Of a DNA stretch of 64,000 nt, positions 20,317 through 29,563 are shown piece by piece (the stretch's first letter is position 1; each line of letters opens with the position of its first letter). Where the stretch lies: positions 43,866 through 107,865 of the forward strand of contig CAZTOW010000023.1 in NCBI GenBank assembly GCA_964615375.1. Direction: 5' to 3'. The notes beneath the pieces were generated by a model that did no database searches, was not told the origin of the DNA, and was given only the letters and a program-made list of their open reading frames with translations. The stretch comes from an uncultured Enterobacterales bacterium. GTDB taxonomy: Bacteria > Myxococcota_A > UBA796 > CAZKWG01. A program made the translations under genes and the position numbers.

Positions 20317-21009
20317 TCAGCTGGTCCAGCCCGCGTAGAGCGGATCCTGGGCGATGCGCTCGGCGAGGCCGGGGGGAGGGCGGCGAAGGCCCGTCCGAAG
20401 GCGCTCGAGATCGTCGAGGAAGGTGCGGGCCAGCAGGGCCTTGGACCAGCTCGCCGGGAGCGGGAGGGCGAGCTCGATGCGCGTCAGCCGGCGGAGCCTG
20501 CACCCCTCGGGCAGGGCCGTGATCCGGTAGGCTGAGCAGAGGACGCGCCCGGCGACGGTCCCGGGCTCGGCCTGCTCGGCCTGGAAGCGCAGGGCCTCGG
20601 GGTGGGTGGCGTCGAAAGATGAGCTCTCGGCGTCCTCGCCTAGGATCAGCGCTTCGCGGGCGTCGCCGCCGTAGGTCTCCAGCACGCCGAAGGCGCGGTC
20701 GGAGAGGGGCCAGGGCAGGCGGCTGGTGTAGGAGATCAACTCCTGGTGGATGGACAGGCGGAAGACCCGCCAGCGCCGCAGCGCGCCGGCCAGCCCGCCC
20801 AGCTCGGCCTCGCGGATGAGGGCGGCGGTGTGCAGGAGCGCGCCGGGCAGGTGGCCCTCGGAGACGAAGGTGGGCGGCCCGTCGGGTTCCTCGCGGAGCC
20901 AGACCCGGTCCTCGCCGCGCGCGCGCTCGACCCAGGCCCCCTCGGGCGAGCCCTCCCCCGCCAGCGCGGGCCCGGCGCGCTCCCGCACCCGCGCCTCGGC
21001 CTCGGCCAT
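20317..21009 (-). CDS. START / SRPBCC lipid-binding domain protein
   Basis: ATG 21009, 9 nt after the P450 stop. The LPWPLSDRAF motif (the START PFPLSNRDF-type) and overall length of ~230 aa. Confidence 0.65.
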   Translation of the reverse strand: MAEAEARVRERAGPALAGEGSPEGAWVERARGEDRVWLREEPDGPPTFVSEGHLPGALLHTAALIREAELGGLAGALRRWRVFRLSIHQELISYTSRLPWPLSDRAFGVLETYGGDAREALILGEDAESSSFDATHPEALRFQAEQAEPGTVAGRVLCSAYRITALPEGCRLRRLTRIELALPLPASWSKALLARTFLDDLERLRTGLRRPPPGLAERIAQDPLYAGWTS

Positions 21010-21017
21010 GCTCAGGC

Positions 21018-22625
21018 TCAAGCCTGCTCCGCCCAGCGCTCCGCCCCCGTCGCGGGGCACTGCACGCGCTTGTAGGTCTTCCCGGTCACCGGGCAGGTGG
21101 AGACGGAGCCCACGGGGGCCGCGGGTCCGGCGTGCTCCCCCGCCTCGAAGAGGGCCTGCACGGCCTCGTCGGAGGCCAGGGGGCGCTCGTCGGGGCTCGC
21201 GGGCCGGGGCGGGGCCGGGCGCAGGCGGGCGCGCAGGGGGCGCGAGGGGTAGGTGAGGTGGACCCGGCTGATGCGCGCGGGGACCTCGTCCAGCAGCTCG
21301 AGCTCGTAGCGGTCCAGCAGGGCCTCCTGCACGCCCACCAGCGCCATCTTCACGAAGCGCTGGGCCACGCACCCGAAGGCCCCGCGGCCGAAGACCGGGG
21401 GGATGGGCTCGCCGCGGCTGTAGCGGAGGGGGTCGAACACGTCCGGGTCGGCGTAGGTCCGCGCGTCGTGGCAGAGCTGGTAGGGGAAGACCCCGAAGTA
21501 GCCGCGCGGCTGCACGGTGTAGCGCTGGCCGCCGTGCTCCAGCGTGACGGGCCGCGGCGGCGCGCGCACCAGGCTGGCCACCGGGTTGAGCCGCATGGTC
21601 TCCAGGAGCCCGTGGGTCAGCAGGCGCTGGCGGCGCTCGGGGCCGGCGCTGGCCAGCTCGCGCCGCAGGGTCGGGCTGGTGATCGTGTCCACCGTCGCCC
21701 AGAACCCGTAGGTGCCGGGGTAGATGAGCGCGTTCCAGATGGTGTACATCAGCATCCACGAGAGATCCGCGTCGGACAGCGGCTTCCCGTCGATCTCGAT
21801 GGCCGCGATGCGGTCCAGCATCGGGTCCACGCTCCTCTGGCGGTGCTCGGCCACCAGGCGGTCCAGCACCTTCCGCAGGCGGCGGGTGGCGTGGTACTCG
21901 GGCAGGAAGAGCTTCAGCGGCGTCACGGAGAGCGTGGTGTGGACGATGTCGATGCCGTTGACGATGGCGCGGTAGTGGCGCTCGACCTCGGGGCCCAGGC
22001 GCTCCCAGAGGCTCTCGCCCAGCACGCCGCGCCCGGCCACGTCGAAGTAGAGCGAGACCAGGGCCTGGGAGAGGTCCACCTCGGCGCCCCAGCGGTCGAG
22101 GTGGCGCGCCGCTGTGCGCTGGACCATGGAGGGCACCCCGCGCATGCGCTCCGGGCTCAGCGCCACGTCCCGCAGGAAGGCGCGCCCCGCCAGCAGGAGG
22201 GCCTGCAGAGAGGCCGGGTCGTCGCGCTCGCGCCCGTACCAGAAGCCCACCGTCGGCACGTTGGCCATCACCGGGCCCATCGGCGCGGTCTCCGGGGGCA
22301 GGTCCATCACGAAGCGGTAGCCCTCGCGGGACAGCACGTAGGTCAGGTCGAAATTGAAGGGGATGCGCACCGTGAACAGGTCGCCGTAGGCCCGCTGGTA
22401 GTCCACCACCATGCCGGTGGGATCCGTGATGATGGCCTTCAAGCGGTAGTAGATCCCCAGCAGGGGCCAGCGCTGGCGGCCCGTGAGCGCGAAGGGCGGC
22501 TCCGGGAGCTGGGCGTGCTCCTCGCGGCGCGCGCCGGTGAGCCAGCGGGCCAGCGCGTCACCCTCGCGCGCGAGCCCCCGGAGGACCTCCCACTCCGTGC
22601 GGAACATGTCGGTGAGCGTCATCAC
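21018..22625 (-). CDS. Cytochrome P450 with an atypical I-helix and a ~90-aa C-terminal extension
   Basis: ExxR in LLETMRLNP. Heme-thiolate loop FGRGAFGCVAQRF. No obvious A/G-G-x-D/E-T oxygen-activation motif in the expected I-helix region. C-terminal tail with CPVTGKTYKRVQCP. Confidence 0.85.
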   Translation of the reverse strand: MMTLTDMFRTEWEVLRGLAREGDALARWLTGARREEHAQLPEPPFALTGRQRWPLLGIYYRLKAIITDPTGMVVDYQRAYGDLFTVRIPFNFDLTYVLSREGYRFVMDLPPETAPMGPVMANVPTVGFWYGRERDDPASLQALLLAGRAFLRDVALSPERMRGVPSMVQRTAARHLDRWGAEVDLSQALVSLYFDVAGRGVLGESLWERLGPEVERHYRAIVNGIDIVHTTLSVTPLKLFLPEYHATRRLRKVLDRLVAEHRQRSVDPMLDRIAAIEIDGKPLSDADLSWMLMYTIWNALIYPGTYGFWATVDTITSPTLRRELASAGPERRQRLLTHGLLETMRLNPVASLVRAPPRPVTLEHGGQRYTVQPRGYFGVFPYQLCHDARTYADPDVFDPLRYSRGEPIPPVFGRGAFGCVAQRFVKMALVGVQEALLDRYELELLDEVPARISRVHLTYPSRPLRARLRPAPPRPASPDERPLASDEAVQALFEAGEHAGPAAPVGSVSTCPVTGKTYKRVQCPATGAERWAEQA

Positions 22626-22677
22626 GTGCGGCGTCCCTCCTCTGCTGTCTGGAAGCGAGGAGGGAATCTAACGCAAA

Positions 22678-25020
22678 TCAGGCCTGACGCGCCCGTCTCC
22701 TGCGAACAGCCAGCGCGAGCGCGAGGCCGAGGCCCAGGGAGCCGGCGGCGGAGCGGGGGGCGGCGCTGGCGCACTGACAGCCGCCGGGGACCTTGTAGTA
22801 GCCAGGGCTGGAGTCCTCGGCGGAGTCGGGGACGCCGCTGTCGCCTGAGTGGGCCGTCTCGCCCTCACCCTCGCCCTCGCCCGTCTCTGCAGTCTCGCCC
22901 TCGCCTTCGCCCTCGCCCTCGCCCTCGCCCGTCTCCTCGGGGACGGCCGTGTCCCAGGGGGCGTCGGCCCCGGCGGCGCAGTCGGCGTCGGCCTCGTCGC
23001 GGGTGTGGAGCGCCAGGACCACCATGCCCGCGCCGAAGCCCAGCATGGGGGCCGGGCCGGCGTACTCTGCGCTCTCCGGGTCGAACATCTCCGGCAGGGT
23101 CCAGCCGTTGGCGACGGCCTGCCCGATGACCCAGTCCTCCACCGCGGCGGCCTCCTCGCTCAGGCAGGCGCGGCGCAGGGCCTCGGCGTAGCGCAGGTCG
23201 ACCATGACCCACTCCTGCCGGTCGTAGGCGCTGCCGTCGTCGTTACGGTACAGGCCCGTCCCGCTCTCGACCTGAAGCTCCTCGCCCAGCCGGTCCAGCG
23301 TCTCCAGCGCCACCTCGCCCAGGTTGTCCAGCACGCCGGCGTTAAACGCGTCGAAGACCGCGGCGTCCAGCGCGTCGCCGTCAGCGATCTCCTCCAGGTT
23401 GCCCATCAGCACGCCGTCGTCCACCAGCTTTCGACGCAACGCGAGCCGGATGTCTTCCGCCGTCGCCGAGTACGTCTCTGCGCGCGCCGTGTCGCCCGCG
23501 GCGAGGGCCAGGTCGCTGGCCGCCCGCAGGCCCGCCACCGCCCAGACCTGCGTGTAGGTGAAGTGCTTCTGGTTCCCGTCCCAGTGCCGCTCCCAGATGG
23601 AGGAGTCGGCCGTGATCAGCCCGCTTGCCTCGCCGTCCGACTCCACCAGGGCCACGAGCACGTCGGCGACGCCGCCGAAGACCTCGTCGCCATACTCGGT
23701 GAGGAAGGCCGTGTCCCCGCTGGCGTCGATGTAGCCTTGCAGCGCCCAGAGGTACAAGCCGAAGTTGTCGAGCTCGATGTTGGGCCCCGTCCCGTCGTCG
23801 TCGCTCCACTCCGAGCCGTCCCCGTAGGTGCGGCACACGCTGAGCGCGTAGTCGTCCACCCCCAGCTCGCTGGCGTAGTCGCCGGCCTTGCCCTGCAGGA
23901 AGAAGGCGAGGGCGCCGCGGGCCTCCGCCGTGTAGCCCGCCGCGCTGAGCGCCCGGATGGCGTAGGCGCTGTCGCGCACCCAGGTGATGTTCCAGGTGTG
24001 CCCGAAGTCCTCGGACGGCCCGACCGCGGGGTAGGAGGCCACGATCTGGCCGTTGGGCGCGCCCTCCTCACGCACCTGCGCGCCGCGGAGCTGCACGAGG
24101 GCCTGCGAGAACACGGCCAGCTCGTCCTCGCTCAGGTCGCTGGGCCAGGTCCCGCGCTCCAGCCAGCTCTCCCACTCCAGGGCCTCGTCGCTGAAGATCT
24201 GGTTGGGGGCGCGCCCGCCCCACCAGAGGTCCAGCTCGCTGGCCACGGTCGTCGTGTCCCAGTCCTTGGAGAAGCCGCTCACGACGCCGATCCACGCGCT
24301 CTGGCCCGGCCCCATGTCCCCGAGATCCCACTGCCAGCCGCCCACCTGGTCGTCGAAGAGCCAGGGCTCGCTGGCGCTCCCGCAGCGGCTGTCCAGGTCC
24401 TCGGCCGCCAGCAGGGTGTCGTAGACCTGATCGCAGCTCCAGGCGTCCGGGCTCTCGAGCGGGAGCATGTGCATGATGAGGCCGGTGCTCTCGCCCTGCT
24501 CGGTCAACAGCCCGTCCTCGACCCAGATCTCCTCGTCCTCGTTGGCCGAGCCGTCCCCATCGTCGTCGCTGCCCAGGTGGAAATTGTGCAGGGAGTACAC
24601 GTTCACGTCCCGCACCGTGCTGGCGGACGTGTTCTGGACGTGCAGGAGCTGCACGAAGCCGGGGAGCGTGAGCGAGAACGGGGCGAGGTCGATCTCGGTG
24701 ATCGTCAGCCCCGAGCGCGATCGGTCCACCCGGATCGCGTTGCTGCCCAGCTCCGGCGCGTAGCTGTCGGCGTCGGACATCCACTCCGCGCTCGTGCCCA
24801 CCCGCAGCCCGAAGTAGGTGTCGTAGAGCAGGTCGCGCGTGTCGTCGTCGCTGGCCGAGGGCGTCTTGTAGAGGTGGTCGTAGAAGGCGTCCAGCACCGG
24901 GCCGTTGTCGTTGCCGCCGTCGAAGACGACGACCCCGTAGCCGTTGGCCGAGACGAGCTGCTCGAGGCTGGAGACGGGCTCGGCGGCGTACACGCTGGGC
25001 AGGAGCAGGGCGAGGAGCAC
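22678..25020 (-). CDS. Glycoside hydrolase family 15-like (glucoamylase/glucodextranase-type) surface protein with (GE)n linkers and a MYXO-CTERM-type sorting tail
   Basis: Signal peptide MLLALLLPSVYAA. GH15 motifs TWNITWVRDSAYAIRAL, IELDNFGLYLWAL, SSIWERHW. Tail GGCQCAS...LGLGLALALAVRRRRARQA (Cys motif, hydrophobic helix, Arg cluster). Confidence 0.8.
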   Translation of the reverse strand: MLLALLLPSVYAAEPVSSLEQLVSANGYGVVVFDGGNDNGPVLDAFYDHLYKTPSASDDDTRDLLYDTYFGLRVGTSAEWMSDADSYAPELGSNAIRVDRSRSGLTITEIDLAPFSLTLPGFVQLLHVQNTSASTVRDVNVYSLHNFHLGSDDDGDGSANEDEEIWVEDGLLTEQGESTGLIMHMLPLESPDAWSCDQVYDTLLAAEDLDSRCGSASEPWLFDDQVGGWQWDLGDMGPGQSAWIGVVSGFSKDWDTTTVASELDLWWGGRAPNQIFSDEALEWESWLERGTWPSDLSEDELAVFSQALVQLRGAQVREEGAPNGQIVASYPAVGPSEDFGHTWNITWVRDSAYAIRALSAAGYTAEARGALAFFLQGKAGDYASELGVDDYALSVCRTYGDGSEWSDDDGTGPNIELDNFGLYLWALQGYIDASGDTAFLTEYGDEVFGGVADVLVALVESDGEASGLITADSSIWERHWDGNQKHFTYTQVWAVAGLRAASDLALAAGDTARAETYSATAEDIRLALRRKLVDDGVLMGNLEEIADGDALDAAVFDAFNAGVLDNLGEVALETLDRLGEELQVESGTGLYRNDDGSAYDRQEWVMVDLRYAEALRRACLSEEAAAVEDWVIGQAVANGWTLPEMFDPESAEYAGPAPMLGFGAGMVVLALHTRDEADADCAAGADAPWDTAVPEETGEGEGEGEGEGETAETGEGEGEGETAHSGDSGVPDSAEDSSPGYYKVPGGCQCASAAPRSAAGSLGLGLALALAVRRRRARQA

Positions 25021-25051
25021 GCGGACCTCCGGCCCGATATCGTATACCTGT

Positions 25052-26293
25052 TCAGGGTGCGGCCGCCGCCTCTTCGCGCGCCGGCAGCGCGTTCACCGCG
25101 CCCTCCGCCCCGAGCCGCAGGAGCACGATCTCGCCGGCGATGCCCATGCGCGGCGGCAGGCCGGTGGTCCAGTTCCCCCGGTGCACGTAGAGCAGCGCGC
25201 GCCCCTTCTTCCAGAAGCCCTGGTCGTGGACCCCCAGCGGGCGGAGCACGCTCCAGGGGAGACCGAACATGTCGGTGCCCACCTGCCCGCCGTGGGTGTG
25301 ACCGGAGAGCACCAGGTCGAAACGATCCCCGGGCACCCAGCGGAAGAGGCGCGGGTCATGGGCCAGCAGCACGCGGGCGTGGACCCCGGGCGCGGGCGGC
25401 AGGCGATGGAGGGTCTCCAGCAGGCGGGCGCGGGCCTCGGTCCAGTGGAAGTTGACGCCGACCACCTCGACCCGGCGCCCGCCCACCTCGACGACCCGCG
25501 CCTCGTCCACCAGCAGGGGCGTTCCGACCTCGTCCAGCTCCTGCCGGAAGCGCTCCAGCACGGGCAGGTCGTGGTTCCCGGGACAGCACAGCACCGGGCT
25601 TCGCAGAGACCGGAGCTCGTCCAGCAGGAAGTCGTGGGCCTGCTCGGAGTAGGGCATGAGCAGGTCGCCCGTGATCACCACGAGGTCCGGGGACAGGGCG
25701 TTGGTCTGCTGGAAGAGGCGGCGAAGCTCCTGGCGCCGCATGGTGGGCCCGACGTGGAGGTCGGAGAGGTGGACCAGGCGCAGCTCGGATCCACCCAGGG
25801 TGGAGATCGGGATCCTGTGCTCGCGCACGATCTCGCCCTGGCTGTAGGTCCAGAAGGCTCCCCAGAGCGCGAGCCCCAGCGGCAGCAGCCCCCAGAGCCC
25901 CGGCCAGCACAGCGCAGCCAGCCCCCCGCCCGCGGCGAGCACGAGCGGCGCGCGCAGGATCAACAGCAGCCCCATCCACAGGGAGAAGGCGTAGGCCACC
26001 TGGCTCAGGCGGGCGAGCCCGATGAGCGCGCCCGGGTCTCGGCGCAGGTCCAGGACGTGGAAGAGCGCGTAGATCCCCAGCATCCCGGAGAGCAGCACCC
26101 CACCCAGCGCCCAGAGCGCGGGCCCCTGGATCCCGGAGCCCAGGGCCCCGCCCCACAGCACCGGGTAGACCGCCACGCAGCCGCTGACGACCGCCGCCAC
26201 CGCGTGGTCGTTCAGCGTGGTGCCGCCGCGGTAGACGCGGGCCACCGTCCCGGCCGCGACCAGCAGCGCGAGGGCGATGGCCCCGCCCAGCAT
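25052..26293 (-). CDS. Membrane-anchored metallophosphoesterase (YaeI-like)
   Basis: N-terminal ~5 TM helices, then LVHLSDLHVG, VITGDLL, CCPGNHD, LAHDP, SGHTHGGQ calcineurin-like motifs. Confidence 0.85.
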   Translation of the reverse strand: MLGGAIALALLVAAGTVARVYRGGTTLNDHAVAAVVSGCVAVYPVLWGGALGSGIQGPALWALGGVLLSGMLGIYALFHVLDLRRDPGALIGLARLSQVAYAFSLWMGLLLILRAPLVLAAGGGLAALCWPGLWGLLPLGLALWGAFWTYSQGEIVREHRIPISTLGGSELRLVHLSDLHVGPTMRRQELRRLFQQTNALSPDLVVITGDLLMPYSEQAHDFLLDELRSLRSPVLCCPGNHDLPVLERFRQELDEVGTPLLVDEARVVEVGGRRVEVVGVNFHWTEARARLLETLHRLPPAPGVHARVLLAHDPRLFRWVPGDRFDLVLSGHTHGGQVGTDMFGLPWSVLRPLGVHDQGFWKKGRALLYVHRGNWTTGLPPRMGIAGEIVLLRLGAEGAVNALPAREEAAAAP

Positions 26294-26297
26294 CCGT

Positions 26298-26702
26298 CTA
26301 CGCCGTGGCGCCGAGCACGTTGACGATGCGGACCTTGACGCCCTCGCCCAGCACGCCGGTCTGGCAGCCGAGCCGGTACTCGCCGGGCACGTTGTTCATC
26401 TTCTTCGTGTTCTTCTCGTGATCGGTCTCGGGCGTGAGCTGGTCGTGCGCGTGCAGCAGCTCGACCCGGCAGGTGCCGCAGGTCCCGTCAGCGCAGCCGG
26501 TCGCGATGGGCTGGGGGCCGCGGTTCGAGGACATGACCAGGGTGTCCCCTTCCTTGGCGCGCGCGCTGTATGAGCTGCCGTCGGGGAGCACGAAGTTCAC
26601 GGTGTAGTTCGGCACCTCGGGGGCCTTGGGGGCCTCCGACTTCGCCGTCTGGTCCATCCCCAGCAGGGACTTCAGCTTCTTGCGGATTCCAAAGGGGGTC
26701 AT
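26298..26702 (-). CDS. 2Fe-2S ferredoxin with an N-terminal Lys-rich extension
   Basis: CADGTCGTCRV ... LGCQ cysteine pattern of plant/vertebrate-type [2Fe-2S] ferredoxins. Confidence 0.8.
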   Translation of the reverse strand: MTPFGIRKKLKSLLGMDQTAKSEAPKAPEVPNYTVNFVLPDGSSYSARAKEGDTLVMSSNRGPQPIATGCADGTCGTCRVELLHAHDQLTPETDHEKNTKKMNNVPGEYRLGCQTGVLGEGVKVRIVNVLGATA

Positions 26703-26720
26703 GCGAGCCTCCGGGGGGTC

Positions 26721-27461
26721 TCAGGGCCTGGCCTTGTAGGCGAGCCAGTCGTACAGGAAGTTGGGGAGCAGCCGCGCCATCTTCATGAACAGGATGGTCG
26801 GCCAGGGGAAGTTGATCTCGGTGCGCCCGCGCTCGATGCCGTTCGCCACCAGGGTCGCGGCGCGCTCCGAGCTCATGAGCAGGGGCATCTGGAAGCGGTT
26901 CTTCGCCGTCATCTCCGTGGCGACGAAGCCCGGGTGGACCGTGGTGACGGTGAGCCCGCGGGGCTTGAGCTCGGTGCGGAAGCTCTCCATCAGGGCGGTG
27001 ACCGCCGCCTTGCTCGCCGAGTAGGGGCCGGATTTGGGGAGTCCGCGCCAGCCGGCCGGGCTGCTGACCGCGACGAGGTGGCCGCGCCCGCGCTCCAGCA
27101 TCCCCGGCAGCGCCGCCGCCACGCTGAAGAGCACGCCGTCGATGTTGACGCGCATCGTGCGAGCGGCCTCCAGCGCGTCCAGGCGCGTGGCGGAGGCGGG
27201 GGTGCCCACGCCCGCGTTCGCCACCAGCAGATCGCAGGGCCCCAGCCGCGCCTCCAGGGAGGCGAAGGCCGCCCGGGTCTGCTCCAGGTCGGCGACGTCC
27301 GCCGTGGCCCAGGCCGTGCGCTCGCCCAGCGTGGCCGCCAGCTTCTCCAGCAGGTCGCCCCGCCGCGCGACCAGCCCCACGGACCAGCCCCGCGCGTGGA
27401 GCTCGCGCGCCAGCGCCGCGCCGATGCCTGCAGATGCTCCCGTGATGATCGCGACGGACAT
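26721..27461 (-). CDS. Short-chain dehydrogenase/reductase (SDR)
   Basis: TGASAGIGAA Rossmann motif, NAG, and the S...YSASK catalytic motif. Confidence 0.9.
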   Translation of the reverse strand: MSVAIITGASAGIGAALARELHARGWSVGLVARRGDLLEKLAATLGERTAWATADVADLEQTRAAFASLEARLGPCDLLVANAGVGTPASATRLDALEAARTMRVNIDGVLFSVAAALPGMLERGRGHLVAVSSPAGWRGLPKSGPYSASKAAVTALMESFRTELKPRGLTVTTVHPGFVATEMTAKNRFQMPLLMSSERAATLVANGIERGRTEINFPWPTILFMKMARLLPNFLYDWLAYKARP

Positions 27462-27529
27462 CCCGGCGGCCTATCCTGTTTCCAGGAGGAGTGCCCACAG
27501 GAGGCCCCGCCGGGATAACCAGGGCCGCG

Positions 27530-28615
27530 ATGCCCTCCTGGTTCGCCGTGATCCCTCCTGGACTCGAGGCCGCGCTCGTGCGCGAGCTGGACAGCCTCGG
27601 TGTGCGCGCCCGCGGCGTGCCCGGCGGGGCCCGCTTCGAGGTCGGCCTGGAGCAGGGCGCCCGCCTGGTCGCCAGCCTGCGCACGCCCTCCAGCGTGCTG
27701 CTGGAGCTCGCCCGCTTCCGGGCGCCCAACCTCGATCAGCTCGCCGCCCGCGTGCGGGAGCTCGACTGGCGGCCTTATCTGGAATTTGATATACCAGTAA
27801 AAGTGGAGGCCACCCTCCAGCGCTCCCAGCTCCGCGTGCGCGAGACCGTTCAGGGCAAGGTGGAGCACGCCATCCGCGACGCGCTCCGCGGCCCCCGCCT
27901 GCCCACCCACCGCCCCGGGGGCCGCCCGGCCGAGCCCCAGATCGTGCGCGTCCGGGTCGAGGAGGACGAGGCGCTGATCTCCCTGGACGCCGGGGGCGAG
28001 CTCCTGCACCGCCGGGGCTGGCGCGAGGAGAGCGTCGGCGCGCCCATCCGCGAGAACCTCGGCGCCGCGCTGCTGATCGCCGCCGGCTGGGCCCCGGACG
28101 AGGTGCTGCTGGACCCCTTCTGTGGCTCGGGCACCCTGCCCATCGAGGCCGCCCTGATGGCCGCCGGCCGCCCGCCCTGGACGCGCCGCCACTTCGCCTG
28201 GCAGCGCTGGCCCGCTCTGGCCCGCAGCTCTCCGCCCGACCCCTGGAAAGGGAAGGGAGAGGCGCGGATCTACGGCTCCGACAAGGACACCCGCGCGCTG
28301 GGCGTCGCCCACGAGAACGCCCGCCGCGCCCGCGTCGAGATCGCCCTCCGCCAGCAGGACGTCGCCGACCTGGAGCCCCCCGCCCCGACCGGGCTGGTCG
28401 TGGCCAACCCGCCCTACGGCGAGCGCCTCGGCCAGAGCGTGGGCGGGGTCTACGTCGCCTTCGGCCGCTCCCTGCGCGAGCGCTTCCAGGGCTGGCGCGC
28501 CCTCTTCCTGGCGCCCGACCCGGAGCTGGCCCGCAAGGTCCACGTGGGCGCCGAGCGGATCACCAGCTTCAGCAACGGCGGGATCCGGGTGGGCGTCTGG
28601 GTGGTCGAGCTGTAG
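27530..28615 (+). CDS. THUMP-domain class I SAM-dependent RNA methyltransferase (RlmL-N / YpsC-like)
   Basis: Start at ATG 27530 (MPSWFAVIPPGLE). THUMP-like N-terminus, DPFCGSGT SAM motif and NPPYGERLG catalytic motif. Confidence 0.85.
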   Translation: MPSWFAVIPPGLEAALVRELDSLGVRARGVPGGARFEVGLEQGARLVASLRTPSSVLLELARFRAPNLDQLAARVRELDWRPYLEFDIPVKVEATLQRSQLRVRETVQGKVEHAIRDALRGPRLPTHRPGGRPAEPQIVRVRVEEDEALISLDAGGELLHRRGWREESVGAPIRENLGAALLIAAGWAPDEVLLDPFCGSGTLPIEAALMAAGRPPWTRRHFAWQRWPALARSSPPDPWKGKGEARIYGSDKDTRALGVAHENARRARVEIALRQQDVADLEPPAPTGLVVANPPYGERLGQSVGGVYVAFGRSLRERFQGWRALFLAPDPELARKVHVGAERITSFSNGGIRVGVWVVEL

Positions 28616-28618
28616 AGC

Positions 28619-29404
28619 TCAGCCGCCCAGCGCGCTCGCGCTGTCGTTGGCCGTGGCGGCGGAGCGGATCCAGCGCTGGAGCGTGTCTGCGTCCGCGGCC
28701 TCGAGGCGCGCGTCCTGCTCGGCCGAGAGGGCGAGGCCCCGCGCCTCGAGCACCGCGCGCAGGGAGCCGCGCAGGGACTCCACCTGACCCTCCTGCCGAC
28801 CCTCCTGCTTGACCTCGTCCAGGCTCTCGTAGCCGTGGCGCGCCAGGAGGTTGGCCAGCGCGGCCTCGCGCGCGAGCTCCCGGTCGAAGAGCGCGTCCAC
28901 CAGCACCGGACGCCGCAGGATCCCTGGCGCGCGAATCTGCTGTCCGGGCAGGTACATGGTGGCGGTCCCGTCCTGGCGCCACACCTCCACGCGCCGCGGC
29001 CCCACCAGGCGCACCACCCAGACCTCCAGCGTGCCGGCCTCCAGGAATTCCTGGACCTTGACCATCAGGTCCTTCTCATCCTGGCCGGTGTCCACCACCT
29101 CCAGGGCCAGCTTGGGCGCGCCCTGGACCCACCCCGGCCGGCTGGGGACGTTGCCCACGGCCACGTCCGGCGCGCGCAGCATGTCCTTGCGCGACGTGTA
29201 GCCCACGTCCATCCCGTACTCGTCCACGTCCGGGTCCGATCCCAGCACCATCGAGGAGGCGCTGGACGAGCCCGCGTGACCGCCGCCCGAGGGGGCGCAG
29301 TAGATCGGGTGCCCGTCGGAGAGCTCGTAACGGCTCCCTGGGTGAATCTCCTGGGCCTCGAGCCCGCCCGGCGCGCGCATCGTCTCGTAGGAGTAGCGAT
29401 TCAT
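28619..29404 (-). CDS. Uma2-family (DUF820, PD-(D/E)xK) endonuclease fused to a DUF4351-like C-terminal tail
   Basis: YELSDGHPI, APDVAV, PKLALEVVD...E, EVWVV core typical of Uma2. The extra C-terminal region KQEGRQEGQVESLRGSLRAVLEARG... resembles the tail of the Rpn protein at 13110-14090. Confidence 0.8.
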   Translation of the reverse strand: MNRYSYETMRAPGGLEAQEIHPGSRYELSDGHPIYCAPSGGGHAGSSSASSMVLGSDPDVDEYGMDVGYTSRKDMLRAPDVAVGNVPSRPGWVQGAPKLALEVVDTGQDEKDLMVKVQEFLEAGTLEVWVVRLVGPRRVEVWRQDGTATMYLPGQQIRAPGILRRPVLVDALFDRELAREAALANLLARHGYESLDEVKQEGRQEGQVESLRGSLRAVLEARGLALSAEQDARLEAADADTLQRWIRSAATANDSASALGG

Positions 29405-29509
29405 GTGAGGAGCATATCCTCGTGGCCCGGGTTTGAGAAGCCTAGAACCTCAGGACCTTACCCATAATTTCCCGGCGTTCCTCCATGAAGGCGTGTTTCA
29501 TGAAAAAGC

Positions 29510-29539
29510 AAGGCCCCCGGCGATCAATCCGGGGGCCTT
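29510..29539 (-). terminator. Rho-independent terminator for the minus-strand gene ending at 29564
   Basis: Perfect 11-bp stem AAGGCCCCCGG / CCGGGGGCCTT with an 8-nt loop. On the minus strand it is followed by GCTTTTTCA. Confidence 0.65.
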
Positions 29540-29563
29540 AAGTAGATCGACGTTACACCTGTG

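Noticed and set aside
21132-25455. Long ORFs 21132-23129 (+) and 22849-25455 (+)
   Set aside because: Antisense shadows of the P450 and GH15 genes.
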